Shown: positions 1 through 8,891, numbered from the stretch's first letter. The stretch: DNA of 64,000 nucleotides from a bacterium (GCA_030697645.1 JAUYPI010000006.1:76017-140016); one strand, 5' to 3'. Numbers and translations: made by a program. The notes: a model not told the origin generated them from the sequence alone.

Positions 1-2
1 TA

Positions 3-164
3 ATGTCAAGTAACATTATCCACAGGCAGACCGAGATCATTCCTGCAGTAATGCCCGTGTCGCTCGCTGACCTTGAGACAAGAGCGTCACGGGTGGTCGG
101 GCTTGTTCACGCTGTTCAGATTGACGTGATGGACGGGTACGGTTTCGTCGTTCAAATATTTTGA
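3..164 (+). pseudogene. Truncated 5' fragment (53 codons) of a ribulose-phosphate 3-epimerase paralog
   Basis: ATG at 3. It encodes MSSNIIHRQTEIIPAVMPVSLADLETRASRVVGLVHAVQIDVMDGYGFVVQIF then a stop. This aligns to the N-terminus of the full rpe at 3869 (EIIPAIMPDSLADL...VQIDVMDGRFV). The two share a 19/20 nt stretch, cagattgacgtgatggacgg. Confidence 0.5.
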
Positions 165-251
165 ACCCTTTAAAAAACGTGGTAGGTTATAGCAAGTAGC
201 ACACTCGTTACGTTCTTTGTCTTCGAATCCTGTAACCGTAAGGAGTACAGA

Positions 252-1445
252 ATGGATCGGAAGTTTAAGCTCGGCTCAAACGAAGTTTTGCGCGAGCACG
301 TACGTACTCTCCTTACGGAGAAGGGCGAGATGCGTATTGGAAGTCTCGTGGGGGGTGTCATGTCGCGAGAAGGCCACCCGATGCCCTACGAAGGGCAGCC
401 GCGTCTCCTGCATATCATCGCTGGGATGGTTGAGAAAGGAGAAATAGCGGAGCGCTACGTCTCTAGCGAAACAAGGGGAAACAATGGGGATGAGTTTAGG
501 CGCAGGCAACACTTGGTTCGCCTCGGCAATACCGAGATAACGGCGATCGAGCCGGCGGCGGAAACGCCCTCATCCAGTGTCGGGAAAGAAAAGAAGCAAG
601 AGTATATCCTCCGCGCGGCTCTCGCGCGGGAAGAAATGCTCGACCCGCCTGCCGGAAAAAATCGAATCCTCACCGAGGCGATTCGGCTTGCGGGCTTGAG
701 CATCACTCCGGGCGGCGCGTGGTACCGAGCGTTCGACGGCCTTGTTTCCGCAGGCGTATTTCACCGAGAGGCAGATAAAGAAAACGCGGATGTGGTTCGT
801 TATTCTCTCACTGACGCTGGCCGCATAGAAGCGCGGCGTAGTGCTCCCGCGCGAGGGATCGGGCGTGGCGGTGCAGAGTCGTGTCCACCGCTCTCCCTTC
901 CCACAACCGAAACGCCGTCGGTGTCTCCATCGGAAGTACCGACGTCAACACCGAGAGCGGCACCCGAGCAGGCCGTGACGTATCTGTCTCGTCGCGCCGA
1001 GGAGCCAGTCGCGGTCTCCGAGCTCACGGCGCTCCTCAGCCGCGTATTCGTATTTGCCGATCACCTAGGGAGCATCAGTACTGCTCTGCTTCGCGAGCAC
1101 GATGAACTTCGCGCTCTTGGCGCGCATGTTAGAGAGGGTCTCAGCGCTCTCGAGGAGAAAGTGAGCGGCTGTGTCCACGCACTTGAGCGCATTGAGAAGG
1201 TCGAGGAGGCGACGGGGAGGCGCGCGACGGACGACGCGAATGCACTCGCGACTCAGCTCGACGAGCTCCGCATGAGCTTCAGTGCCGCGCGGGATACGCA
1301 TCCTCGCGATCTCGAGCTCGCCCGTGTGGTGCGCGAGTTCAAAGAAGAACTTTCTCGCCGCAGCGAGATGTTTGCGAACCTCGACGCAATGCACGCACGG
1401 CTTCAAGCGTGGGTTCTGGACGGGGACGCGCCTCACGCCACGTAA
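252..1445 (+). CDS. Hypothetical protein (397 aa) with C-terminal coiled-coil; immediately upstream of the sigma factor (43-nt gap)
   Basis: Long ORF whose codon usage matches its neighbours. There is a GGAGAG RBS before the next gene. No recognisable domain. Confidence 0.5.
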   Translation: MDRKFKLGSNEVLREHVRTLLTEKGEMRIGSLVGGVMSREGHPMPYEGQPRLLHIIAGMVEKGEIAERYVSSETRGNNGDEFRRRQHLVRLGNTEITAIEPAAETPSSSVGKEKKQEYILRAALAREEMLDPPAGKNRILTEAIRLAGLSITPGGAWYRAFDGLVSAGVFHREADKENADVVRYSLTDAGRIEARRSAPARGIGRGGAESCPPLSLPTTETPSVSPSEVPTSTPRAAPEQAVTYLSRRAEEPVAVSELTALLSRVFVFADHLGSISTALLREHDELRALGAHVREGLSALEEKVSGCVHALERIEKVEEATGRRATDDANALATQLDELRMSFSAARDTHPRDLELARVVREFKEELSRRSEMFANLDAMHARLQAWVLDGDAPHAT

Positions 1446-1488
1446 CTCGCCCCCATAGTACTCCACGCTTTACAATGAGGAGAGCACC

Positions 1489-3654
1489 ATGTCTGACTTC
1501 GATATCGTGATCGAAGGGGGACAGGTCGCTGTCCCCCAATCAACCAAATCGTCCTGCGCCGAGAGTACCGCTTTGAACGCGGGCAACCCCCTCGAGCGTT
1601 TACTGCAACGATCAGAGATACGCTCTCTTATAGCGCGTATACTCCGCGGCGAGCCGGTGACGAGCGTCGAAAAGCGCGCGGCGCTCTCCGAGGGGCAGTG
1701 CGAGGATGCGCAAGCGCGCGTGGCGCTCGCTGATCTTATCTTTATCGCTCTGCGGGGCCCCGACCGACGTCCTGATACGGATCACTCCATCCGAGAGCAG
1801 CAACCCGAGCAAGTGGCGAAGCCCTTGGCAGCGCAACCTCGACGTGGTCGTGGACGGCCGCGAGCGGAGCCACTGTTGTCTTTTGATGAGGCAGTGCGTG
1901 CCCTACCGCTCTTGACCCGTCGCGAGGCACAGGTTTTCAAACTTCGCTATGGCATTGGTGGTAAGGGCCAGAAGTCTGTCTCAGAGACTGCGTCCTACTT
2001 GGGGGTTTCGACCGCGAATGTATATACAACCGAGCGCAGCGCTTATGTGAGGCTCAAACGCTCCTCTGTCGTGCCGCAACCGGGACAACAAAGCGGTACA
2101 GAATCGGCGGATCAACGCACGCCACACACGATAGAAAGGACGTTGCCAAAGAAGCCAGAACAGAACCGCGAGCGGCATTTTCCCAGGTCCGAAAGGCGGC
2201 GTGGCCCGAGGCCAAAGGCAGACAAGCCCGTCGATGATGCACTGCGTGAGTTTGAGCAGGAGCGGCTGCGTGCGCTCGTCCTTGAAGACGCTCGCGAAAT
2301 GCATGGCGAGCGCGAGAGCGCGGCGAGAGCTTTGTTCACCGAAGCCCCGGAAGCCCGGTACGAGCCGGAGGCGTGGATTGGCACGATCAGCGCGTACTTT
2401 GCTGCCGCAGTGCGCCGTCCTCTTTTGTCGGCAGAGGAGACGTTGCAACTTTTCAAGAAGATTGATGCCGAGCGCAGCGAGATCGAGGCGCTCCTCAGCG
2501 CTCACCCTGCCGGCGCTCTCTCGCTTGAGGCTGCTCGACGGGAGCGCCCACCGTGGCACAACCTCGTTCGCTGGATGACGCTAAGGGAGAGAGAGAATGA
2601 ACCGCACACGTCTGAGGAGAAGGACAGAGACGCTCGAGATCGAGAGTTGCTCGATATGTCGGAGACGACCACTGAAGATGAGGAGACAGACGATCCAGAA
2701 GTTGCTCCAGGTCGGGTGCTCTCGCGCGCACTCGAGATACTCGAGGGACGACTTCTGAAGGATGGGTCTACGCTCGCATGCGCGGCGCTCTCCGTGCTTC
2801 TTTCTGAAGCTACGCCACGCCTCTCTCGGCTCATGGCGCTTGAGACAGAAGCCTTCGAGCACAACATGCGTCTGGTCACCTCGATTGCCTCACGGTTTCA
2901 GGGATTAGGGCTTGAGTACCTTGATCTTGTACAGGAGGGTAATATCGGCCTCATGCGGGCGATTGAGAAGTACGACTGGCGGCGAGGAATCCACCTCTCG
3001 ACGTACGCAGTGTGGTGGATTCGACAGGCGATTTTCCGAGCGGTTTGGGACAAGGGCAGCACGATCAGAATTCCGGTGCATATACGCGAGGCGACAATGA
3101 AACTACGTGCGGCTCATGCGCGCATCATGGCGCGGTCGGCAGGCGGTCGCGAACCTACGGACGAGGATCTTGCGCTCGAGCTCGATTGGGAGGTTAGCGA
3201 GGTATCCAAGGTGCGCGATACTCTCCGGCTAGACTCTACGCGCTCGCTCGATCAGCCGGTTTCGAGCCATTCGTCCGGATCCGACTCGGATGGGACGGCG
3301 CTCCTCGCGTTCATTCCTGATGCGAATGCGTCTGATGCCGGAGACCCTGTTACTGACATCGAGCGTCGAGAGGACGTAGCGCAGCTCCTTAAGACGCTCT
3401 CGCCGAGAGAGGAGAGGGTGCTGCGCCTGCATTATGGTATTGTCGAGGAGAAACCGCAGACACTCGAGCAGATTGGACGGGTTTTTGGCGTCTCGCGCGA
3501 GCGGATCCGGCAGATTGAGGTGAAAGCGTTTTCTAAATTACGACGGCGCATGCAGGCGCTCGACATCTCCTCGGAAGAGGAAATGGGAGAGAAGTTGCAA
3601 TCGTTCTTTTCTCATCCGCGCGAGGACTCGCGCGAAGCACAGAGGAGAGCGTGA
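1489..3654 (+). CDS. RNA polymerase sigma-70 family factor (RpoD-like core) with an unusual ~290-aa N-terminal extension
   Basis: Region 1.2-like PLLSAEETLQLFKKI. Region 2 LVQEGNIGLMRAIEKYDWRRGIHLSTYAVWWIRQAI. Region 4 HTH TLEQIGRVFGVSRERIRQIEVKAFSKLRR. The N-terminal part is Arg-rich and contains a second region-4-like HTH (LLTRREAQVFKLRYGIGG...SYLGVSTANVYTTERSAYVRLKR). Confidence 0.8.
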   Translation: MSDFDIVIEGGQVAVPQSTKSSCAESTALNAGNPLERLLQRSEIRSLIARILRGEPVTSVEKRAALSEGQCEDAQARVALADLIFIALRGPDRRPDTDHSIREQQPEQVAKPLAAQPRRGRGRPRAEPLLSFDEAVRALPLLTRREAQVFKLRYGIGGKGQKSVSETASYLGVSTANVYTTERSAYVRLKRSSVVPQPGQQSGTESADQRTPHTIERTLPKKPEQNRERHFPRSERRRGPRPKADKPVDDALREFEQERLRALVLEDAREMHGERESAARALFTEAPEARYEPEAWIGTISAYFAAAVRRPLLSAEETLQLFKKIDAERSEIEALLSAHPAGALSLEAARRERPPWHNLVRWMTLRERENEPHTSEEKDRDARDRELLDMSETTTEDEETDDPEVAPGRVLSRALEILEGRLLKDGSTLACAALSVLLSEATPRLSRLMALETEAFEHNMRLVTSIASRFQGLGLEYLDLVQEGNIGLMRAIEKYDWRRGIHLSTYAVWWIRQAIFRAVWDKGSTIRIPVHIREATMKLRAAHARIMARSAGGREPTDEDLALELDWEVSEVSKVRDTLRLDSTRSLDQPVSSHSSGSDSDGTALLAFIPDANASDAGDPVTDIERREDVAQLLKTLSPREERVLRLHYGIVEEKPQTLEQIGRVFGVSRERIRQIEVKAFSKLRRRMQALDISSEEEMGEKLQSFFSHPREDSREAQRRA

Positions 3655-3690
3655 AGCCCCGCGACCACATGTCGCGGGGCTTAATTTTTT
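3655..3690 (+). terminator. Rho-independent terminator after the sigma gene
   Basis: Stem agccccgcgac/gtcgcggggct with loop cacat, followed by taatttttt. Confidence 0.55.
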
Positions 3691-3868
3691 ATAGGACTTA
3701 CGCGTTTGGCGCATTTCTTTGTTGCCTTCGTCGCTCAAACCTGTCGCTCGTAGCTTCAAGTACGTCTCGCGTTTTCGCTCCTCGGCGTCTCGATACTCTG
3801 CTCAAACGCGTAAGTCCTATGTTCAATGAAGTCTGTTAAAAATGGCTCTTCGGCTGTAAGATAGATAT

Positions 3869-4585
3869 ATGCCTGCAACTCATAGTGGCGTTGAAATTAT
3901 TCCCGCCATCATGCCGGACTCGCTCGCGGACCTCCTCGAGAAGGCAGGGCGCGCTGCGGGAATCGTGCCGTTTGTACAAATTGACGTGATGGACGGCAGG
4001 TTTGTGCCGAGCGTTGATTGGCCGTACACTGGCGAGAGCGCACAAAAAGAATTTGAAGAACTCGTGCGGGGCAGTAAGACCTTGCCATTCGCCGAAAAGC
4101 TCAACTACGAAGTTGACCTCATGGTCGCGGAGCCGGAGCGCTCTGTTGCGGATTGGGTGCGCGCGGGTGTGAAGCGCGTCATTGTGCATATTGAGAGCAG
4201 TACGTATATCACGGCCGCGCTGATCAGCGGTCGCGCCGCCGCAGAGGTGCGCGGTGGCGGAGTTGAATTCGCAATCGCGCTCAATACAACGACAGAGAAC
4301 ACCGTGCTCGGCCCTTACCTCGACCATATAGATTTCGTGCAGTTCATGGGGATTGAAAAAATCGGCTACCAAGGCCGAGCCTTTGACGAGCGCGTGCTGG
4401 GGAAAATCCGCGATTTACGAGAGAGGCGCTCGGGTGTTATCATAAGTGTTGACGGCGGCGTCAATTTCGACACCGCGCCGCGGCTCATTGAGTCGGGCGC
4501 GAATCGGCTCGTCTCCGGATCAGCCATTTTCGGAAGTGACGATATCCGAGCCGCAATTGAGAAACTACAAACTTCGGCAAAGTAA
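3869..4585 (+). CDS. rpe: Ribulose-phosphate 3-epimerase
   Basis: VQIDVMDGRFVP...HVD, DLMV, SVDGG motifs. Typical ~238 aa length. Confidence 0.85.
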   Translation: MPATHSGVEIIPAIMPDSLADLLEKAGRAAGIVPFVQIDVMDGRFVPSVDWPYTGESAQKEFEELVRGSKTLPFAEKLNYEVDLMVAEPERSVADWVRAGVKRVIVHIESSTYITAALISGRAAAEVRGGGVEFAIALNTTTENTVLGPYLDHIDFVQFMGIEKIGYQGRAFDERVLGKIRDLRERRSGVIISVDGGVNFDTAPRLIESGANRLVSGSAIFGSDDIRAAIEKLQTSAK

Positions 4586-4602
4586 ACCATGTCGGCACAA
4601 TT

Positions 4603-4920
4603 ATGAACAAGGAGCTAAAACAAGAATTTGCGCGGCTGCACATCCGTCTCGATGCCATCGAGATGGACGTTCGATCTGTTAAGTCAGACGTGTCAAACAT
4701 TAAGTCCGACGTGTCTACTCTGAAGTCGGATGTATCTACACTCAAGTCCGATGTTGCTGGGTTGCAGTACAATACTGCGGTACAGTTTCGTGAAGTGCGA
4801 AATGATCTCGCGATGCTCATGAAGAACCTCGATCCGCTTGGCGATCCAAATGAAGCGGCGGATCTTTATGGTCGCGTCAAGTATCTCGAATTGAAGCTCG
4901 GCATAGAGAGTGGTAAATAA
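4603..4920 (+). CDS. Small coiled-coil protein with four tandem heptad repeats (VKSDVSN/IKSDVST/LKSDVST/LKSDVAG)
   Basis: 105-aa ORF. It contains four 21-bp tandem DNA repeats at 4678-4761. Confidence 0.45.
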   Translation: MNKELKQEFARLHIRLDAIEMDVRSVKSDVSNIKSDVSTLKSDVSTLKSDVAGLQYNTAVQFREVRNDLAMLMKNLDPLGDPNEAADLYGRVKYLELKLGIESGK

Positions 4921-5079
4921 ATCCATGCTGTCTTTGCTTTTTCTTATACTTATGGGTTTGACTGTTTGGTTTGGATTTCAAAAAAAGTTTGTTGCACTCG
5001 CCATAACCTCTACGCTGCTCGTTCTTCTAATCGGGTTTTGGATTTGGCTCGGAACTCAAGTGATAATCAATTAGAGAAG

Positions 5080-5967
5080 ATGCCCCACCTCCACGAAGAC
5101 AAAATAAAATTTCTAGAGAGTAAAGCGAATGAGATTCGCATTTCGCTCATTGAGTCACTTATCGCAGCTGGCTCTGGCCACACGGCAGGCCCCTTGGGCA
5201 TGGCGGATATTTTCACCGCGTTTTATTTTCACATCCTTAATCACGATCCGAAAAATCCGCTCTGGGAAGAACGGGATAGACTCATCCTTTCAAATGGTCA
5301 CATCACGCCGATCCGTTATGCTACCATGGCGCACGCGGGGTATTTTCCGATTGAGGATTTGAAAACATTGCGGAAATTCGGCTCGCCCCTTCAAGGGCAC
5401 CCCGAGCGCGAGCGTTTGCCCGCGGTCGAGACCACGTCCGGGCCGCTCGGTTCCGGACTCGGCCAGGCGGCGGGGTACGCCTACGGCGCGCGCATGGACG
5501 GCAAGAAATTTCGCGTCTATTGCCTCATGTCCGACGGCGAGCAGCAGGCGGGGAATACCTGGGAGGCGGCGATGTTTGCGGGGAATAACAGGCTCGCGAA
5601 CCTCACGGCGGTGATGGACAGAAACAATATACAAATAAACGGTCCCACAGAGGACATTATGCCCCTCGAGCCTTTGCGCGCGAAGTACGAGGCGTTCAAC
5701 TGGCATGTGATCGAAGTCGGCGGTCACGATTTTGAGGAGTTCGTCGCGGCGGTCGAGGAAGCAAAAGCAGTACTTGAAAAACCGACGCTTATCCTCGCGC
5801 ACGTGATCCCGGGCAAAGGCATCAAAGAGATCGAAGGCGACTACCGCTGGCACGGCTGTACCCCGGGAGGCGGGCCCGAGGACGTGTTTAAGAAAGCGGA
5901 GCAGGGGGCGAAGTTTTTGGAGGAACTGCGGGCGCTTGGAGAAATGATTAAAAACGCACACGTGTAG
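5080..5967 (+). CDS. Transketolase, N-terminal (TPP-binding) subunit of a split transketolase
   Basis: GSGHTAGPLGMADI, GHPE, CLMSDGEQQAGNTWEA and NIQINGPTEDI motifs. The ATG at 5080 gives a typical start; the tracked ORF start at 4966 is probably an artefactual upstream extension. Confidence 0.85.
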   Translation: MPHLHEDKIKFLESKANEIRISLIESLIAAGSGHTAGPLGMADIFTAFYFHILNHDPKNPLWEERDRLILSNGHITPIRYATMAHAGYFPIEDLKTLRKFGSPLQGHPERERLPAVETTSGPLGSGLGQAAGYAYGARMDGKKFRVYCLMSDGEQQAGNTWEAAMFAGNNRLANLTAVMDRNNIQINGPTEDIMPLEPLRAKYEAFNWHVIEVGGHDFEEFVAAVEEAKAVLEKPTLILAHVIPGKGIKEIEGDYRWHGCTPGGGPEDVFKKAEQGAKFLEELRALGEMIKNAHV

Positions 5968-5997
5968 CTCAACGTTCCAAGTGAGAGATTTAAGGGT

Positions 5998-6372
5998 ATG
6001 GAGCCGAAACTGATACGTGAAAAAGTCAAGCCGGACGAATTGGTAAGACTGATACGCGATGGACTTTACGATACGATGGCGAAACTTGCAGTAGATGTTG
6101 AGCGCGGGATTCTTGCAATAGGCGGCGAGTGGCATTCCGACGCAGAGGAAGTGTTGACCGCGGATGGTTCTCAAGCGAATAATGTGTGGGGCGTAAATTT
6201 TTATCCTTGGAAAGAGTCGCGGGAGCGCATTGTCTATACATCGCTCATTAACCTCAAGCCGCTCGTTCCGCATCGAAAGATGGAGATTACGGATCTGGGC
6301 ATGCGAACGAAGATACATGATCTTGTCACGCGGTTATTGCTCTATGACGACGAAACCTTACCAGCCGAATAG
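5998..6372 (+). CDS. Hypothetical protein (124 aa)
   Basis: ORF directly downstream of the tkt N-subunit. No recognisable motif. Confidence 0.45.
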   Translation: MEPKLIREKVKPDELVRLIRDGLYDTMAKLAVDVERGILAIGGEWHSDAEEVLTADGSQANNVWGVNFYPWKESRERIVYTSLINLKPLVPHRKMEITDLGMRTKIHDLVTRLLLYDDETLPAE

Positions 6373-6652
6373 CGAGAAGTGGCAGTCGTTTCCACGTGAT
6401 GTCCAAATGCGGCATATCGCCGCAGAGCTCACGCGTGCAACGAGCGCCGGAGCGCGGGGGCAAGGAGAACTTGAGCAGGAATCGCTCGAGCGGTCGCTCA
6501 TACTTGTGGACGCCTCGCTCGCGGACCCGCAATGGAATGATAAAAAAGCACTCTATCGGCTTCGCGATGCGCTTGCTGCACTGTACGCAAAACATCTCGA
6601 TCCTGCATTGAGCCGCTATATTGCCGAGGTATTATTGACCACCACGTCTTAA
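6344..6652 (+). CDS. Hypothetical protein (102 aa; start chosen at the internal ATG of ORF 6230..6652)
   Basis: MTTKPYQPNSEKW... The ATG overlaps the end of the previous gene by 29 nt. The upstream part of the tracked ORF lies in the alternative frame of the preceding gene. Confidence 0.35.
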   Translation: MTTKPYQPNSEKWQSFPRDVQMRHIAAELTRATSAGARGQGELEQESLERSLILVDASLADPQWNDKKALYRLRDALAALYAKHLDPALSRYIAEVLLTTTS

Positions 6653-6656
6653 AAAC

Positions 6657-7262
6657 ATGAACAACAAATCAGCGCCTATCTTCATCATGGTGGTCGTAGG
6701 TGTTCTTGCGATCGTCCTCCTGGGTGGAATGTATTTGTCGCGTTTTTTTTCAACGAGCAACACGGATCGTAGCGGTGCAAAAACTGCCTGCACCCAAGAA
6801 GCAAAACTCTGCCCCGACGGCACCGCCGTCGGCCGCACCGGTCCGAACTGCGAGTTTGAGGCGTGCGCAACTTCGGACAACCAACTGCCAACGACCAATG
6901 AACCGAATACGTCAGAGTGGAAAACGTATCGGAATGAAGAGTATGGGTTTGAGATGAAGTACCCGCCAACATGCCGCGTTTATTTAAATGAGGTATTCGC
7001 GAAGCCGCCTACGCCGACGTGTTTTTCCATTTTTGTGAGAGGGGAGAATAGCTTTAATCTTGAAGAGTTTCTCGAAAGTGCTAAACAAGACAATTCACTT
7101 ACGGCGTTCAAAATCGGCGGTGAGGCCGCTTACCGTATTCAAGGAACCATAAAGAAAATGGATACTATAGTGGTCAAATATAATGGTTTTGTGTACACTT
7201 TTCCGGATGCCGACTTCTTATTACGGGAGGGTATTTTATCCACCGTTAAATTCACCAACTGA
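6657..7262 (+). CDS. Membrane-anchored protein, Cys-motif family member 1 (signal-anchor TM + CTQEAKLCPDGTAVGRTGPNCEFEAC + WKTYRNEEYGFE domain)
   Basis: N-terminal hydrophobic helix IFIMVVVGVLAIVLLGG. Four-cysteine motif. Paralogous to 8159..8887 and to the C-terminal half of 9433..10368. Confidence 0.6.
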   Translation: MNNKSAPIFIMVVVGVLAIVLLGGMYLSRFFSTSNTDRSGAKTACTQEAKLCPDGTAVGRTGPNCEFEACATSDNQLPTTNEPNTSEWKTYRNEEYGFEMKYPPTCRVYLNEVFAKPPTPTCFSIFVRGENSFNLEEFLESAKQDNSLTAFKIGGEAAYRIQGTIKKMDTIVVKYNGFVYTFPDADFLLREGILSTVKFTN

Positions 7263-7266
7263 TCGT

Positions 7267-7407
7267 CTCCATGATTCTTGATTCATAATTCTTACTTCAT
7301 CCGTCATGTTCCTCAACCCATACGCAAAACTCATCCAAAACCCGTTTGATCTCGCCTCGCTCGAGAAAAAGCCGACACGGGACGGCTTCGGAAAGGGTAC
7401 GTGTTGA
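7267..7407 (+). repeat. Partial copy 1 of the tktB 5' region (native-looking leader plus 34 codons, then a stop)
   Basis: ctccatgattcttgattcataattcttacttcatccgtcATG..., encoding MFLNPYAKLIQNPFDLASLEKKPTRDGFGKGTC*. This matches the tkt C-subunit N-terminus NPFDLTALEKKPTRDGFGKG at 10365. Confidence 0.6.
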
Positions 7408-7431
7408 CATACAATTGTATAAGTATACAAT
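7404..7431 (+). promoter_or_regulatory. Sigma-70-like promoter (TTGACA-16-TACAAT) overlapping palindromes ATACAATTGTAT and TTGTATAagTATACAA; probable autoregulated toxin-antitoxin promoter/operator
   Basis: TTGACA at 7404-7409, TACAAT at 7426-7431, 7 nt before the RHH start codon. Confidence 0.4.
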
Positions 7432-7437
7432 AGTATA

Positions 7438-7696
7438 TATGGCTACCATAGACTATATCACAACCAATATTCGTCTGCCGAAGGAAGATTTAAAAGTATT
7501 GAAACAGGAGGCGTTCGCGAAAGAGCAAAGTGTGGGCGCGCTTCTTCGGTCTTTGGTTCGCGAACATTTTACGGGGCGTGCGGGGGTGCACACCAAACGC
7601 GCGCGTCGTTCCGTATGGGATCTTCCGAAGCGCGCACAGAAAACCGGTGCGCGAAATCTCGCATCCAACGTTGACCGCATCGTGTATGGAATATAA
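7438..7696 (+). CDS. Ribbon-helix-helix-type antitoxin (86 aa)
   Basis: MATIDYITTNIRLPKEDLKVLKQEAFAKEQSVGALLRSLV... Its 3' end overlaps the PIN gene by 11 nt. Confidence 0.55.
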
Positions 7697-8117
7697 CCGA
7701 AAAATATTGGTTGACGCGAACGTGTTTATTGCCCTTTTGAACAAAGATGACGCACTGCATCTCCGGGCAGTCGCTCTTTGGGCCGACATGAAGCAAGAAA
7801 ATCGCGAGCTCGTTACCTTGAATGTTGTCGCGTCTGAGGCGCTGACCGTTTTGAGCCAGCGAGGAAGCAAGGCGCTCGCGCTTGAATTGGCCGAGACGCT
7901 GTACGGTGATGGTAAAAATGATATAGAAATGGTATATGCCGACCGCATGCTCGAAGAGAGAGCGCTCGAGCGATTTCGGAGCATTCGCAGTAAAAATTTT
8001 AGTTTTGTTGACACTATCATTTTGGCGGCATTAGAGCGGTACGCCATACCGGCGCTCGCCTCGTTTGATCGCATCCTTGAGAGGTATGCGAGCGCCGGTA
8101 CCTTACGGCAGGTGTAA
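7686..8117 (+). CDS. vapC: PIN-domain toxin (VapC-like)
   Basis: KILVDANVFIAL...D...E...FVDTIILAA...D acidic quartet pattern typical of PIN. 143 aa. Coupled to the upstream RHH gene. Confidence 0.7.
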   Translation: MEYNRKILVDANVFIALLNKDDALHLRAVALWADMKQENRELVTLNVVASEALTVLSQRGSKALALELAETLYGDGKNDIEMVYADRMLEERALERFRSIRSKNFSFVDTIILAALERYAIPALASFDRILERYASAGTLRQV

Positions 8118-8158
8118 TCGAGCCCTGAATCTTTGGCACGCCTAGAAATCTCCATGGT

Positions 8159-8887
8159 ATGCACAAGCGCACCACAATTGTTTCTCTGGCACTCATCATT
8201 GCCGCCGCGGGCGGGTATGTGCTGTATGCTTCAATCATTGGAGACGTGACGCAGGACAGTGGAAGTACGCAGGCGTGCACTGAGGAAGCAAAACTCTGCC
8301 CGGATGGCAGCACCGTAGGCCGCACCGGGCCGAACTGCGAGTTTGCGGCCTGTCCCAGTCCGGAAATTATTTTTGGTAAGAAAGCCGAGGAATTATGCGG
8401 GCCGCAGCCACCGGCAGAGTGTGGGCCAGGAACAGCGCTCGGATGTTACACGAAAAGCAAAAAGTGGTCTTGTTACCCAGAAATGACTGGGTTTGATACC
8501 TCGGACTGGAAAACCTACCGGAGTGAGGAGTATGGGTTTGAAGTGCGTTACCCACAACAATGGTACAAACACGAAGCGGAGCTATTTCTTTTTTTAACTC
8601 CGACGAGCCCTGAGGTTATTACCGAATCACCTGGGATTAACTTTGTTCTGAAGCCGCTCGAAGGGCGAACAATCCAGCAGTCAGAGGATACGATAAATTT
8701 TGATCGCGAGTGCCAGCCAACAATTTTTGGAGGAAGAGGTGCGACCAAATGTCATCCGGTTATTTCTTTTGCTGGAGAAAGCTTTACATTTATTCGAATG
8801 TCAGACGGCCAGTATCTTTCAATCGGTGATTATTTAACGAGCGATCTTTCTGGCCTCATTCTCTCCACCTTCAAGTTCACCAAATGA
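8159..8887 (+). CDS. Membrane-anchored protein, Cys-motif family member 2 (TM + CTEEAKLCPDGSTVGRTGPNCEFAAC + WKTYRSEEYGFE domain)
   Basis: TM helix IVSLALIIAAAGGYVLYA. Same four-cysteine motif. Extra Cys-rich stretch CGPQPPAECGPGTALGC. Paralog of 6657..7262. Confidence 0.6.
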   Translation: MHKRTTIVSLALIIAAAGGYVLYASIIGDVTQDSGSTQACTEEAKLCPDGSTVGRTGPNCEFAACPSPEIIFGKKAEELCGPQPPAECGPGTALGCYTKSKKWSCYPEMTGFDTSDWKTYRSEEYGFEVRYPQQWYKHEAELFLFLTPTSPEVITESPGINFVLKPLEGRTIQQSEDTINFDRECQPTIFGGRGATKCHPVISFAGESFTFIRMSDGQYLSIGDYLTSDLSGLILSTFKFTK

Positions 8888-8891
8888 GCGC

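Noticed and set aside
4966-5079. Upstream extension of the transketolase N-subunit ORF
   Set aside because: The extension (MVWISKKVCCTRHNLYAARSS...) has no similarity to transketolase N-termini. The ATG at 5080 gives a canonical start (MPHLHEDKIKFLESKANEIR).
5290-6318. 342-aa ORF antisense to the transketolase N-subunit
   Set aside because: Typical high-GC antisense shadow ORF. It has no motifs and fully overlaps a well-supported gene.
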